DNA of 33,645 nucleotides from an uncultured Clostridia bacterium (GCA_947625955.1 CANQQH010000002.1:1-33645); one strand, 5' to 3'; numbered from the stretch's first letter, positions 9,147 through 19,534 are shown. Translations and numbers: made by a program. The notes: generated by a model from the sequence alone, not told the origin.

Positions 9147-10546
9147 TATTTATTCTCCTTATACTTCGTCATTGCATCAACAAGCTCTTTTATCTGCTTT
9201 TCAATACGCTTTGTTTGGCTGGCAGACAAAGGTTGCTCGTTCTTTCTCATGAGTTTCTCGGCTCTTTCAAGCGCTTCCTCGAAGTCCTTGTCGTTCTTTA
9301 TAACGAACTCGCCCGACTGGTTAACTTCCTTCTTTGGTCTGCCTCTTCCCCTCTTCACAGGCTCGTTTTCTACCTCAGTTTCAGGCCCTTCACTCGTTGA
9401 AACGAACGAGTTGATATCAACCTTGAAGTTGTCGGTGATCTTCGCCTTTTTGTCCGCCTCAGTTTCTTCTTTGCCACCAACTTTTTGGGTTTCAGCAGGC
9501 GCTGCTATTTCCTCGTCGGCCTCGTCTTTTTCCTCAGCGAGTTCCTCGTTGTCTTCTTCGATAGGCTCGTCATCTTTTAGTTCTTCGTCTTCTTCATCAA
9601 AGTCGTCTTCTTCAACATCTTCGTCTTCCGCCTCTTCTTCGCTTGGAACGTTAATTTCTTGCCTTGGGGCTTCTTCCTTTTTTATTTCTTCTGCTAGGGT
9701 TGAAGGTGCTTCTTTTTGATTTTCTGGTTCGGTTGAAGGCTCTTCATCGGCAAGGTCTTCAAAGCCCGGCGCAACTATAATGTCGCTGAACATATCTTCT
9801 TCTTTCGACTCTTCTACCCCCTTTATATCTTTCTGCACATCTCTTTCATTCAAAAGATTATTGATTCGATCAAGAAGGTCTTTCACGTCGGAGCCTGCTA
9901 CCACCTCTTCATTTTTGCTTTCGGTTGCAGGTTTGCAAGCTTTGTGGGCGTTGTCGAAGTTATCGAGCATGTCGTTGAAGTCGTCAACGGCGGTTCTATA
10001 TTGATATTGTCTGATCGCCGTGTAAACATAATAGAACACTTTCGCAAGGAGCAAAAATGCCAAAGGAATAATCGCTGCCTCAGCAATCAAGTAGCCAGTC
10101 AAGCTCACCTCGTTTCCAAGGAACGCGATGCTGAAAAGCAAAAGAGAAGTGAAAACAAAGTTGATATATGTTTTGATGAAGGACTTGTTTTGATTGAAAA
10201 CACCACCCGACAACTCAACATCTAGGCTTTCAAACCTCTTGATGAACTTTGAAGGTTTGTCGGTCTGCCCGTCAAGATAGTTGTTGAGTCCGCGTTGGAA
10301 CTCGGACGGCATTTTCTCAGCGAGTTTCAAAAGCCCAGCTTTCGACTCTTCGCCCAGCCCGTTTCTGCTGATATACTCATTGATTTCCCTTGCCCTGAGC
10401 GAGAACTTGTTTTGGAAGGAAAAGATGAGCGAAAAAATAATCCAAATTGCCAAAATTCCAAGGCAGATAAGCCCTGCAATCGCCAAACGCTCGTTTGTTA
10501 TAACGCCAACAATAACTTTGAACGCCGTTCTAAAATATTCAAACAT
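9146..10546 (-). CDS. Membrane protein with about 3 TM segments, long acidic linker and C-terminal AT-hook motif
   Basis: GGAGG RBS; hydrophobic segments in the first 180 aa; D/E-rich region; KRGRGRPKK; stop overlaps the next ATG (TAATG). Confidence 0.8.
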   Translation of the reverse strand: MFEYFRTAFKVIVGVITNERLAIAGLICLGILAIWIIFSLIFSFQNKFSLRAREINEYISRNGLGEESKAGLLKLAEKMPSEFQRGLNNYLDGQTDKPSKFIKRFESLDVELSGGVFNQNKSFIKTYINFVFTSLLLFSIAFLGNEVSLTGYLIAEAAIIPLAFLLLAKVFYYVYTAIRQYQYRTAVDDFNDMLDNFDNAHKACKPATESKNEEVVAGSDVKDLLDRINNLLNERDVQKDIKGVEESKEEDMFSDIIVAPGFEDLADEEPSTEPENQKEAPSTLAEEIKKEEAPRQEINVPSEEEAEDEDVEEDDFDEEDEELKDDEPIEEDNEELAEEKDEADEEIAAPAETQKVGGKEETEADKKAKITDNFKVDINSFVSTSEGPETEVENEPVKRGRGRPKKEVNQSGEFVIKNDKDFEEALERAEKLMRKNEQPLSASQTKRIEKQIKELVDAMTKYKENK

Positions 10547-10639
10547 GATTTTGCCTCCATATTATTTTTTTCATTATATCACAATATTTTACCAACAACT
10601 AGCAATTTTTAGTATGTTTTATACATTTTAGATATTTTT

Positions 10640-13600
10640 TTAGACTTCAATGAGATTCCCGGTTTTGAGGCTGGCAAGATACTTCTTCATAACCTTCTTG
10701 TGCTTTGATTTTTCCATTGCCTCAGCATAGAGCGCAAGTTGCTTTCGATATCTTTCGAGCGTGGCTGGATTTTTGAGCGAGCCTGTTTTATAGTCGATAA
10801 TAACAAGTCCGCCATTTTCTTCAAGGCAAAGGTCAACAATACCCTGAACAACAACGCCGTCACCCTCGCAGCCGCCGAAGTTTTCTTTGGCTGAAAGCAA
10901 CATATAAAATTCAACTTCCTTTCCAATGTTCTTCGCGTTTCGAACAAGCAACGCAAACTCATTGTTTTCAAGCAGCTTGCTGATTCCGTCAATCATGATA
11001 TTCTCGCCCTCGTCTTTGGTCAAAAATCCAACTTCAACAAGCTCCTTCACCTTTTTTTCAAGCCCCTCTTTGTTTTCAAGGAGTGAGAGTTTTTCCATGA
11101 ATTTGTGTTGAAGCGTTCCATTCTCTGCCGACGAGCCGTCGCCTTCATCAAACGCAAACATCTGCGGTTCGCCCTCTTCTGCTGCCTCGCTAGAAATGGT
11201 CGTGACCGCCGTTTTAACAGGCACACCAACGCTGTTTTCAAACGGATATTTCTCAGCAAAAATCTCTTTTATCTTCTCAACCTTCTCATCATTAAACTCA
11301 TTAATAAGCACCTGCCTTTTCTCAGGTTTTTGCTTGCTTTCAATAAGTTCGTCGGCGTCGAAGAGCAAAACGTCATAGTTCACGGAGGCATATTTCGTTG
11401 GATTTTTTATCATGTCGCCAAGGTAATCAACAAAGCACATTGGGCTTGTTGGCAGTTCTTCCTTGATGCTTTCATAGCTGCCGCTTCCAACAACATAGAG
11501 ATAGTCGGTTGCCCTCGTCAGCGCAACATACAAAAGACGCTGCTGTTCTTCGAGCAGTTTTCGTGTTTCAACAAGTTTCACCCCTTGCTTTGCGATTGTT
11601 GGAAGTTTATACCTCGCAAAGGTCTCATGGAAAGAGAGCCCAACGCCTAGGTCCTTGCTGATGAGCATATCGCCCCTGAGCGATTTGAGGTTGAAGTTTT
11701 TGTTCGCCATAACCAAGAACACCACGCCAAACTCCAAGCCCTTCGACTTGTGGATTGTCATCACTTTCACGGAGCCGTAGGTGTGCTCGGGCTCGCACTT
11801 CACCCCGCCCTCGTCTTCAAATATATACTCAAACACGCTCTTGTCGCCAAGCGAGGAGAGGTATTTTATGAGTTTTTGCTTTCGTTTTTCGCCAGCCTCT
11901 TCAAAACTCATTCGAACAAGCACGTCTTGTTTTTTCACGATTTCCTCAGCAATCTCGCGTGCGCTGAGATACTCGCTTCGCTCGCGCGCGTTATCAAACA
12001 ATAGGAAAAAGTCTTGAAGTTTCTTTTGAAGTTTTTCGTCAAGTTTGCCGCTTTTGAGCGCGCTGAGTACGTTCTCATAGTAGTAGTCCCCGCCGCCCGC
12101 CAACTTTATCTTTGCCAGTTCATTCGCCGTGAAGCCGAATATCTTTGAGAACAGGCACGAAAAGAGGCTGTAATCATTCTTATAGTTCGCAACACTCTCC
12201 AAAAAACTTTTGAGCCCAAAGATATACTCGTCTTCCAAAATGTCGCTCTCGGTGTCGGTGCTAACAGGAATGCCCTGCTCTTCGATGGTCTCAACAAGCT
12301 TGGTCAAAAAACCATTGCGCGACTGCGTGAGGATGGTGATATCGCTATACCTGATTTCCCGCATCCTGCCAAGGTCTTTGTCGAAAATTTTCTTGTGGGC
12401 AACGAGGTCAGCAATCTGCCCCGCAATCATCAGGCCCTCTGCCTCGCCGTCTTTTTCAAGCTCAATCTCGGTCTGCTTGTCGTTCATAACGCTATAAACT
12501 TCAAGCTCGCCATCGTCTTTTTCTTGCTTCTTGGAGTCTGCAAACAAAATCTTGACGCGCTTCTCAGTGTCAACCTGTTTCTCCTCGTCGCCTGCAACCA
12601 AGCACGCCTCGTCTTTATAGTTAACGCCCCCAAACTCCTCGGTCATGCTCATTGAGAATATGGTGTTAACAAAGTCGAGAATCGCGCTCTTACTGCGGAA
12701 ATTCGCATTCAACAAAACCAGCTCTCCCTTTGTTTTGTCGGCGCCATAGAGGTTGTATTTTTCCAAAAATATCTCGGGGTCGCAAAGCCTGAAACGATAT
12801 ATGCTCTGCTTAACGTCGCCAACCATGAACCTGTTGTCGGGTCTTGACAAAAGGCGCAAAATCTCCTCTTGAACGCCGTTTATGTCTTGGTATTCGTCAA
12901 CAAGCACATAGTCATACTTCGCGCGTATCTCTTCAAGCAGGTCTTGGTTTTTCAAGACTTTGAGCGTGTTCTGTTCAAGGTCGTTGAAGTCCAGCCCGCC
13001 CTTTTCCTTTTTGAGCGAAGAAAACTCAACTTCAAACTCCTGCGTGAGGTCAAAGAGCCGCTGAACAACCTCTTTTGTGACAACAAGATTATCTTTTATG
13101 CTGTCGAGCGCGTCGGATATTGCATACTTTTTGAGCTCCTTGTAGCGCTTCAAAATCTCCTCTTTCAAAGCGGTTGCAGATTCTTTGAGAACAGTTTTCT
13201 CGGGCGTCAGTTTTGGAATGGTTGGCATGCGCGGGATCTCTTTGAGCCTTGACGCATTCTCCAAAAAGTCGCTCTTTGGATTGATGAAACTAACAATCGT
13301 GTCGAGTGCTTGCAGATATTCAACCAGCTCAGTTTCGCCGATTTTTGCAAACTCTTCAATCTTCTTTTGCACTTTTTCCTTGCAACGATAAAACTCGGCT
13401 TTCATGTGGGCGTCTATAATTTTAACGGCTGGGTTTTTGTTTAGGTCCGTGCTATAAAGGTCGTTGATTTTTTCCTTCCATCCGTCGCGGTCAACGATTG
13501 AGCAGAGAAAATCATAGAGTTTCAAAATGACTTCTTTGAGCGCAAACAAACTTCTATTTTTCGCAAAAATGTCAACAAGATTATAAAAATCCGCGTTATT

Positions 13601-14038
13601 TTCGGCACTTTTCGCCTTGAAAAGTTTTTCAAGCGCGCGTTCTTTGAGCGAAGAAACTTCGTCTTCGTCGAGCACAACAAAGGTTGGGTCGAGCCCCACT
13701 TCGAAAAAGTAGGCTTTGAGCAGCCTCGCGCAAAAGCTGTGAAGGTTGCTCACATCACTTGTTAGAATATCGTCAAGCTGCGCCAAAATAAATGGTGTTG
13801 GTTCAAGCGAAGAAAGTTTTTTGATGAGCTTATTTTTCATGTCGCTGGCGCTTGCCTTGGTGAAGCTTATTATCAAAAAGCGCTTGATTGGAATGTGGTC
13901 ATCGCAAACAAGTCGGGCAACTCTTTCAATCATGACCGTTGTTTTTCCGCTGCCCGCTGCCGCCGAAACAAGAATCGAGTTGTCTTTGAAATTGATTGCC
14001 TTTTCCTGTTCTTTGGTGAACCTTACTTTGTCAGCCAT
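10640..14038 (-). CDS. addA: ATP-dependent helicase/nuclease subunit A
   Basis: SAAAGSGKT Walker A, VDEYQD, VGDVKQSIYRFR, MTIHKSKGLEF, RLLYVALTRA and C-terminal QGIVDL...IIDYKT nuclease; adjacent to addB. Confidence 0.93.
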   Translation of the reverse strand: MADKVRFTKEQEKAINFKDNSILVSAAAGSGKTTVMIERVARLVCDDHIPIKRFLIISFTKASASDMKNKLIKKLSSLEPTPFILAQLDDILTSDVSNLHSFCARLLKAYFFEVGLDPTFVVLDEDEVSSLKERALEKLFKAKSAENNADFYNLVDIFAKNRSLFALKEVILKLYDFLCSIVDRDGWKEKINDLYSTDLNKNPAVKIIDAHMKAEFYRCKEKVQKKIEEFAKIGETELVEYLQALDTIVSFINPKSDFLENASRLKEIPRMPTIPKLTPEKTVLKESATALKEEILKRYKELKKYAISDALDSIKDNLVVTKEVVQRLFDLTQEFEVEFSSLKKEKGGLDFNDLEQNTLKVLKNQDLLEEIRAKYDYVLVDEYQDINGVQEEILRLLSRPDNRFMVGDVKQSIYRFRLCDPEIFLEKYNLYGADKTKGELVLLNANFRSKSAILDFVNTIFSMSMTEEFGGVNYKDEACLVAGDEEKQVDTEKRVKILFADSKKQEKDDGELEVYSVMNDKQTEIELEKDGEAEGLMIAGQIADLVAHKKIFDKDLGRMREIRYSDITILTQSRNGFLTKLVETIEEQGIPVSTDTESDILEDEYIFGLKSFLESVANYKNDYSLFSCLFSKIFGFTANELAKIKLAGGGDYYYENVLSALKSGKLDEKLQKKLQDFFLLFDNARERSEYLSAREIAEEIVKKQDVLVRMSFEEAGEKRKQKLIKYLSSLGDKSVFEYIFEDEGGVKCEPEHTYGSVKVMTIHKSKGLEFGVVFLVMANKNFNLKSLRGDMLISKDLGVGLSFHETFARYKLPTIAKQGVKLVETRKLLEEQQRLLYVALTRATDYLYVVGSGSYESIKEELPTSPMCFVDYLGDMIKNPTKYASVNYDVLLFDADELIESKQKPEKRQVLINEFNDEKVEKIKEIFAEKYPFENSVGVPVKTAVTTISSEAAEEGEPQMFAFDEGDGSSAENGTLQHKFMEKLSLLENKEGLEKKVKELVEVGFLTKDEGENIMIDGISKLLENNEFALLVRNAKNIGKEVEFYMLLSAKENFGGCEGDGVVVQGIVDLCLEENGGLVIIDYKTGSLKNPATLERYRKQLALYAEAMEKSKHKKVMKKYLASLKTGNLIEV

Positions 14039-17000
14039 TTTTCGCCCTCCTTATAGAATTTTTCCGCCTTTTCGAGGCTTGGCTTGCGGATGAACTTGTA
14101 TTCGTCGTCGTTGATGCCGCAAACATTTTTCAGTTCGCAATAATCGCATGGCAACCTGTCGCCCTTTTTGAACGGCGTTTTGCTGTGGTAGCCCGAAAGT
14201 ATTTCATTTATTGCCTTTTTCGCAACCGCCAACGCGTAGTCACGCATGCTAACAAGCTCGCTTTCAGAGAGAAGATAGTCGTTCGCCTTGAACTCAATGA
14301 TGTTCTTTTCAATGTTCTTCTTCGCCGTTTTGAGGCTTGGCGAAATATAGTGGCTCTTTGGCGAGAGCAAACTGAGGTTCGTGTCCATATCGAAGATGGC
14401 TTTTTCGTTGTTCAGCAAAAAGCCTTGCATCTTGTAGGCGTCCTTTGCCTTTTCCTCGTCGTCAACGAAGTCGTTGTGCACAGGAAAATACAAAACCCCC
14501 GCAGGGCTTTTCTTGCTGCCGCTGAGCGCACTGAGATATATTGCAAGCTGCAACTTGTGGCCATAGTAAACATCCTCAGCCGACGTTGCCAGCTTGCCCG
14601 TTTTATAGTCGATGATGCGATAGTGATCGCTATTTTCGTCAACGCGGTCTATTCTTCCAACGATTTTAACGCTTGGGTTTTCGTGAATTTCAATGCCTTG
14701 AAGTTCGCCCCCGCCGAACCATTGTTCAAGCAAAGTTGGAACAAATTTCGAGTGGTCGAGTTGGTCTTTCAGCCCTTTCAAAAGCCGCTTGGATTCGTCT
14801 TTCAAAATCCCAAGCAACGCAAGGTTCTCTTCCTCGTTGTAGTTTTTCTCCTTGAAAACTTTCATCAAGAGATTGATTGCGAGCTTGTCGGAGTCAAAGT
14901 CCTTGTGCTTCAAATAGTGGTCAACAAACTTCTCACAGACCGCGTGCAAAATGTCACCAACATCAAGAGCTCTCAAAGAAGCAAGCTGCCTTTCTTTGAG
15001 CCTCAGGCCATACGATGCGAAGTGTTTGAGCGGACACGAGAAATAACATTCCAACTCTGAAATACTCGTTGTGCCCTTTTTGAAAAACAAATCTTTTGCG
15101 TTTTCGAGCGGCTCTTCTTGTTTTTGGATGTTGATATTATCAAAGAGTTCCTTTGCCGCGCCCATATCGTTTTCAAGCGCCTTATAGAGGCTGTGAACAT
15201 CCTCAGGCCTTGCAGCAAAATCCTCGCCGTCGCGATAGTGCGAAAGCGCCTCAGCCAAATAGTCGATTGCAACCTCGCGGCTGCCAAGACTTTTCGCGAA
15301 CTCCTCCACCTCGGCGTCTTCCTTGAACGGCGAGTGCAGCCTTTCGATCTTCATCTGCTCCTCGCCAACCAAGAACATTTCAGCAAGACTCATGACAAGC
15401 GCACTCATCTTCTCCTCTTCACCACTAGACGCGTGCTCAGAGAAACTTATGGTGAGTTTCTCAGTTGGAAGCAAAAGCAGCTCAAACGCTTTGTATCTCT
15501 CTCGGCGGTTTATGGTTCGAATTGTTGGCTCAATTTTCTTCTCGCTTATATTCTCAATCGACGAAATCTCGCTGTCTTGAATGAGGCCAAGGTCCTGCTC
15601 ACGCTTTGGGAAGTTCCCGTCGGTTGCACCCATGATATAAATGCTCTTGATGTTATATAGTCCGTCGGGCGAAGACACGATTTGAACCGTGTCAATCGAA
15701 AGGGGCAAAAGATTGATATCTGCTGATTCAAGCCCACTTATCAAAAGTGCATAGAGTTCATCGAGCTGAACTTTTCTTTCGCCCAAAAATTGTTTGAGTA
15801 TGAGAAGAACATTGCTTAGTTTCTTCTCTGCTTGTTTTGTTGCCATTGCAGAGCGCTCATCACCATTTTCAGTTTGCATTTTATAGAGTTTTTCAAGGCG
15901 TTTTGATAACTCAAACTTTTCAAAAAACGCAAAAATGCCGTCAACAAGGTCAAAAATGCGTAAATTTTCGCCGCAAACCAGAGAAAATTCACTAAAAACA
16001 TCGAAAACAACTTTTCGAATCTCTTCGGCATTTTCTTTGAGCGGGTCGTCAATTGAGAAAGGTTTTGAAAACCTGTTGTGGTTTATTGAGTACTTCAAAA
16101 CATAGTTTTCAAAGTCGTCGCACTTGTCTTTGTCTAGTTCCAAAAGTCCATTTCGAACGAACTGCAAAACGTCCTCTTGATCCAAACTTCTCTTAACAAG
16201 CCAGAAAAGCTCCTTCACCAAAACAAAGACCTGATGAGTTTCAAACTGATATGGGCAAGCTGAAAAATATGGCACTCCAAAGTCGCCAAGCGCGCTTTCA
16301 ACGAAAGGTCTAAGCTCCTCTTTCGCCAGATATACGCAAATGTCACGATAGCGATATTTGCCGCTGAGGATGTCTTCCCTTATGAGACTTGCAACCTTTC
16401 TTGCCTCAACATATTCGCTCGTTGCGCCGAAGATATTGATTTCTCCATGGCGCTGCTGCTTTTTGAGCGGATAGCTATAAAGATCATTATAAATATGCAA
16501 AAAGTCCCCTTTGAAATCTGCTTTCACCAGCTCTGGGTCATATTTTATGTGCGCTTTTTCAGCAACAACTTTCAGTTTTTCAAACACCTCATTATCGCTT
16601 ATATGCGCATTTTTTTGCGTTTTGTGCATATATGGAGCACTAACAGTGAGCGATTTTGCGTTTTTTAGTATGCTCGATATAACGCTAGTCATCGACGCCG
16701 TGAGCGAATCAAAGCCAACAAAAAACACATGCGACTTTTTGATTCTCTCGCTAAGTTCAACTTGTTTTTCAAGCATTGAGAGTTTGTCGGATGGGTCGAA
16801 GATGTCTTCCCCAAGATAGTTCTCATAGGCATCATACAAAAGCGCAATGTCAGTCAGCTTGATTTTGAGCGCAACAGGGCATTTTTGCGATGACTCACTG
16901 AGTTCAAGTGGTGAAATTCCACTTGATTTGAGTTGCTGGATTGTTTCATAGATATTCTCAGCAAAGCCAACGGTGAGTGCTGTTTTCTTATAGCACGCGA

Positions 17001-17301
17001 GGTTATCTTGCATTTCCATGATGATGTTGCGAACAATCATCACGCCCGCCTCTTTTGAAAGCGGAAAAATAGGCTTCAATTGCAATTTTTTGAGAAGCCT
17101 TGAAAAACTATAAACGAAAACATTTGAAAAAGCGTGCGAAGGAAAATTATCAAGCAAATATCTTTCAACATAGAGCGTTTTTGTTTCGGGAGCCAAAACA
17201 ATGAACTCTTCCTCACTCCCATTTGCCTTTTCAATAAGTTCACTAAGTGCCTTTTTCAAGGCTTTTTCACAAGTTGCACCAATAATAAAATTCATTTTCA
17301 T
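14023..17301 (-). CDS. addB: ATP-dependent helicase/nuclease subunit B
   Basis: SISELECYFSCP...PCDYCELKNVC Fe-S cysteines, GRIDRVD...IIDYKTG nuclease, LQLAIY; overlaps the addA start. Confidence 0.9.
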   Translation of the reverse strand: MKMNFIIGATCEKALKKALSELIEKANGSEEEFIVLAPETKTLYVERYLLDNFPSHAFSNVFVYSFSRLLKKLQLKPIFPLSKEAGVMIVRNIIMEMQDNLACYKKTALTVGFAENIYETIQQLKSSGISPLELSESSQKCPVALKIKLTDIALLYDAYENYLGEDIFDPSDKLSMLEKQVELSERIKKSHVFFVGFDSLTASMTSVISSILKNAKSLTVSAPYMHKTQKNAHISDNEVFEKLKVVAEKAHIKYDPELVKADFKGDFLHIYNDLYSYPLKKQQRHGEINIFGATSEYVEARKVASLIREDILSGKYRYRDICVYLAKEELRPFVESALGDFGVPYFSACPYQFETHQVFVLVKELFWLVKRSLDQEDVLQFVRNGLLELDKDKCDDFENYVLKYSINHNRFSKPFSIDDPLKENAEEIRKVVFDVFSEFSLVCGENLRIFDLVDGIFAFFEKFELSKRLEKLYKMQTENGDERSAMATKQAEKKLSNVLLILKQFLGERKVQLDELYALLISGLESADINLLPLSIDTVQIVSSPDGLYNIKSIYIMGATDGNFPKREQDLGLIQDSEISSIENISEKKIEPTIRTINRRERYKAFELLLLPTEKLTISFSEHASSGEEEKMSALVMSLAEMFLVGEEQMKIERLHSPFKEDAEVEEFAKSLGSREVAIDYLAEALSHYRDGEDFAARPEDVHSLYKALENDMGAAKELFDNINIQKQEEPLENAKDLFFKKGTTSISELECYFSCPLKHFASYGLRLKERQLASLRALDVGDILHAVCEKFVDHYLKHKDFDSDKLAINLLMKVFKEKNYNEEENLALLGILKDESKRLLKGLKDQLDHSKFVPTLLEQWFGGGELQGIEIHENPSVKIVGRIDRVDENSDHYRIIDYKTGKLATSAEDVYYGHKLQLAIYLSALSGSKKSPAGVLYFPVHNDFVDDEEKAKDAYKMQGFLLNNEKAIFDMDTNLSLLSPKSHYISPSLKTAKKNIEKNIIEFKANDYLLSESELVSMRDYALAVAKKAINEILSGYHSKTPFKKGDRLPCDYCELKNVCGINDDEYKFIRKPSLEKAEKFYKEGEKWLTK

Positions 17302-17307
17302 AGGTCA

Positions 17308-17336
17308 ATTATACCAAAAATCCGTTGCTTTTTCAA
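17308..17336 (-). promoter_or_regulatory. Sigma-A promoter of addBA (leaderless geometry)
   Basis: TTGAAA, 17-nt spacer ending in TGG, TATAAT, 6 nt, then ATG; no SD sequence. Confidence 0.65.
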
Positions 17337-17472
17337 TCAAATTGCGTTCAAAAATCATTTTTGTATAGCTCCACAAAACGCAAATTTAATTACTCACTTG
17401 TATAAAAACGCGCAATTTTTATGCGTTTTTAACATTTATATTTTCAAAACAAAAAATAGCAGCGTCAAGCCG

Positions 17473-17916
17473 CTATTTTTTTGAAACAATAACTTTCACC
17501 TTTCCGTCAACACCCTTATAGAGCTTGATTGGAACAGAATATGTTCCAACCGCCTTTATTGGATTTTGAAGCGCAATTTTCTTTCTGTCGATATCGAAGC
17601 CGAGGTTTGCAAGTTCTTCGGCAATTTCCTTTTGCCCAACTGAGCCAAACGCCTTGCCATTTTCGCCAATTTGAACACTCAAACTAACAGTAATGCTTTC
17701 AAGTTTTTTTGCAACCTCTTTTGCCGCCTCGGTTTCCTCTTTTATTCTTCTCGCCTCGTTGGCCTTTTCTTGCGCATTTATATTGAGATTTGCATTCGAC
17801 GCAACAACAGCAAGTTTGTTTTTCAAGAGGAAGTTGTTTGCATAGCCGTCGCTAACATTAACGATATCCCCTTTCACGCCCAAAGCTTTCACATTTTGCA
17901 ACAATATAACTTTCAT
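17473..17916 (-). CDS. rplI: 50S ribosomal protein L9
   Basis: [30 protein letters not shown]...FGSV...IK.VG.Y. Confidence 0.97.
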   Translation of the reverse strand: MKVILLQNVKALGVKGDIVNVSDGYANNFLLKNKLAVVASNANLNINAQEKANEARRIKEETEAAKEVAKKLESITVSLSVQIGENGKAFGSVGQKEIAEELANLGFDIDRKKIALQNPIKAVGTYSVPIKLYKGVDGKVKVIVSKK

Positions 17917-17957
17917 TTTTCACTCCTTCTAAAAGTGGCTTTGCCCTTATGTTTTTT

Positions 17958-17986
17958 ATTATATCATGCTTTTTTTCTTGGGTCAA
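17958..17986 (-). promoter_or_regulatory. Sigma-A promoter of rplI
   Basis: TTGACC, 17-nt spacer, extended -10 TGaTATAAT. Confidence 0.6.
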
Positions 17987-17992
17987 TGAATA

Positions 17993-18022
17993 GTATAAAA
18001 ATTCCAAACTCATCTCAAACTA
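17993..18022 (+). promoter_or_regulatory. Sigma-G-like promoter
   Basis: GTATA, 18-nt spacer, CAAACTA, upstream of a GGAGG RBS and ATG 18040. Confidence 0.45.
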
Positions 18023-18039
18023 GAAACGGAGGAAAAGAA

Positions 18040-18327
18040 ATGTTTGATTTGAAATGCAAAAGGATGGATTGCAAGTTCAACGAAAAGTGCAACTGCAATT
18101 CCAAAAAGATTGAAGTGAATCCCAAGACCACTTGCAAAACCTATGAAGATTGCGGCGAAAGAAAAGAGATGCCCGACGAGATTGACCAAGTGCCATCGAG
18201 AAAGAACACGGTTGTGCGCTGCAAAGCAAAGTGCCTGTTCAACGACAACACGGTCTGCAAAGCAAATGGTATCTCCGTTCTCACGAACAACCAGAGCCCG
18301 CAATGCTCAACCTTTATGCCAAAATAA
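18040..18327 (+). CDS. Tandem DUF1540-domain Cys-rich protein (95 aa)
   Basis: GGAGG RBS; two C-x(3-4)-C-x-FN-x(4)-C...I.V...C.T(Y/F) units. Confidence 0.8.
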   Translation: MFDLKCKRMDCKFNEKCNCNSKKIEVNPKTTCKTYEDCGERKEMPDEIDQVPSRKNTVVRCKAKCLFNDNTVCKANGISVLTNNQSPQCSTFMPK

Positions 18328-18373
18328 ACCCGCCACAATAAAATATGCCAATCGAATTTTCGACTGGCTTATT

Positions 18374-18790
18374 TTATTTTTTTGAAAAATCGGGGTCAAA
18401 CTTCATTCCTGCGCCAACCTCGCCGTATGGCCTTGCAACGAAGCCGAACTTTTCATAGAACTTCTCTCTTCCCTTCGACGCCCCGAGATAAAGGTAGGTG
18501 TCGTCGTCCTCAATTGACCTATACCACTCCACAATCTCTCTCATCAAGATTGCGCCAATGCCTTCCTTTTGGCGTTTCTTGTCAACAACAACATCAAAAA
18601 CGGTATAGTAGCTGCCGTCACCAACAACGCGCGCCATGCCAACAATGTTTTTGCCCTCATAAACCGATACCGCAAAAGCGTTCATCTGCCTGTGCATGTT
18701 TATTTTTTCATCATCTCTTTCTCCCCAACCAACCGACATGAATAGTTTGTTGAAGTCCTCATTGCTTGGGAAACTATGTTTTATTTCCAA
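18374..18790 (-). CDS. GNAT family N-acetyltransferase
   Basis: VGMARVVGDG, DVVVDKKRQKEGIG, FYEKFGF. Confidence 0.9.
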   Translation of the reverse strand: MEIKHSFPSNEDFNKLFMSVGWGERDDEKINMHRQMNAFAVSVYEGKNIVGMARVVGDGSYYTVFDVVVDKKRQKEGIGAILMREIVEWYRSIEDDDTYLYLGASKGREKFYEKFGFVARPYGEVGAGMKFDPDFSKK

Positions 18791-18803
18791 TTTCTTGCCC
18801 TCA

Positions 18804-19514
18804 CTAATTGTTTTCCTTCATTTTAGGGCTTGGACGAATCATCTTGTCGTTAACCTTGACAGTTATTCGATTCATTGTTGAAATCGACACCGAAATTTTG
18901 CTCTCGCCAAGCGTTGTTGAAAGGACAATTGGTACAAAGCTCGTCAGCGTTTTGTGCTCATCAACCGTTTCGCCATCAACCTTGATATAGTGGTTGTAGA
19001 AACCAGCATACACAACAACTTCCTTTCCATCCACCGAATAGATTTTGAAGTTGAGCATCAGCGAGCAAAGGAAGAACGTGAGCGAGATTAATAACACAAA
19101 CACAGAAACCAACAAAAGCGCATAGTTAGTGTTGTCGGCGTCTATCGCAGGGTCAATCGAATAGCTTACTGCCTTCAAGCTCACGCCATAAACATCAACA
19201 CTTGCCGTTTTCTTGCCATTGAAAAAGAAATGCTCGAAGCTGTCGTCAACATATTTTCCGTCTTCGCCATAGAACTTTATGGTGATATATGCGTCGTTGG
19301 CTTTATGGTTAAGGGTCACGGTTATTTTTGCCGTTGAATATTCACCTGTGCTATTTGAGATGATTTTCCCACTATCGTCAACAACTTTATAGTTGCCAAA
19401 TGGATAGAAAGAAAATATCAACAAAAACAGCGACACAAGAAACAATACCCCAAACACCACTCTGTTTATGAGAATGAATAAGTTTTCCTTGTAGTCAAAT
19501 TTTTTCTTTTCCAT
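18804..19514 (-). CDS. Hypothetical membrane protein (2 TM)
   Basis: 236-aa ORF with two hydrophobic segments, co-oriented with its neighbours. Confidence 0.75.
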   Translation of the reverse strand: MEKKKFDYKENLFILINRVVFGVLFLVSLFLLIFSFYPFGNYKVVDDSGKIISNSTGEYSTAKITVTLNHKANDAYITIKFYGEDGKYVDDSFEHFFFNGKKTASVDVYGVSLKAVSYSIDPAIDADNTNYALLLVSVFVLLISLTFFLCSLMLNFKIYSVDGKEVVVYAGFYNHYIKVDGETVDEHKTLTSFVPIVLSTTLGESKISVSISTMNRITVKVNDKMIRPSPKMKENN

Positions 19515-19534
19515 ACAAATTTCCCTGTTACTCG

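Noticed and set aside
8733-9719. 328-aa Ser-rich + strand ORF
   Set aside because: Antisense shadow of the acidic GAA/GAC-rich gene and the DUF1858 gene; it runs through a promoter and terminator and has no RBS.
14185-15060. 291-aa + strand ORF and other long ORFs opposite addA/addB
   Set aside because: Antisense shadows with no motifs or RBS.
17671-18039. N-terminal extension of the tracked 218-aa ORF
   Set aside because: Overlaps rplI antisense; the RBS supports a start at 18040.
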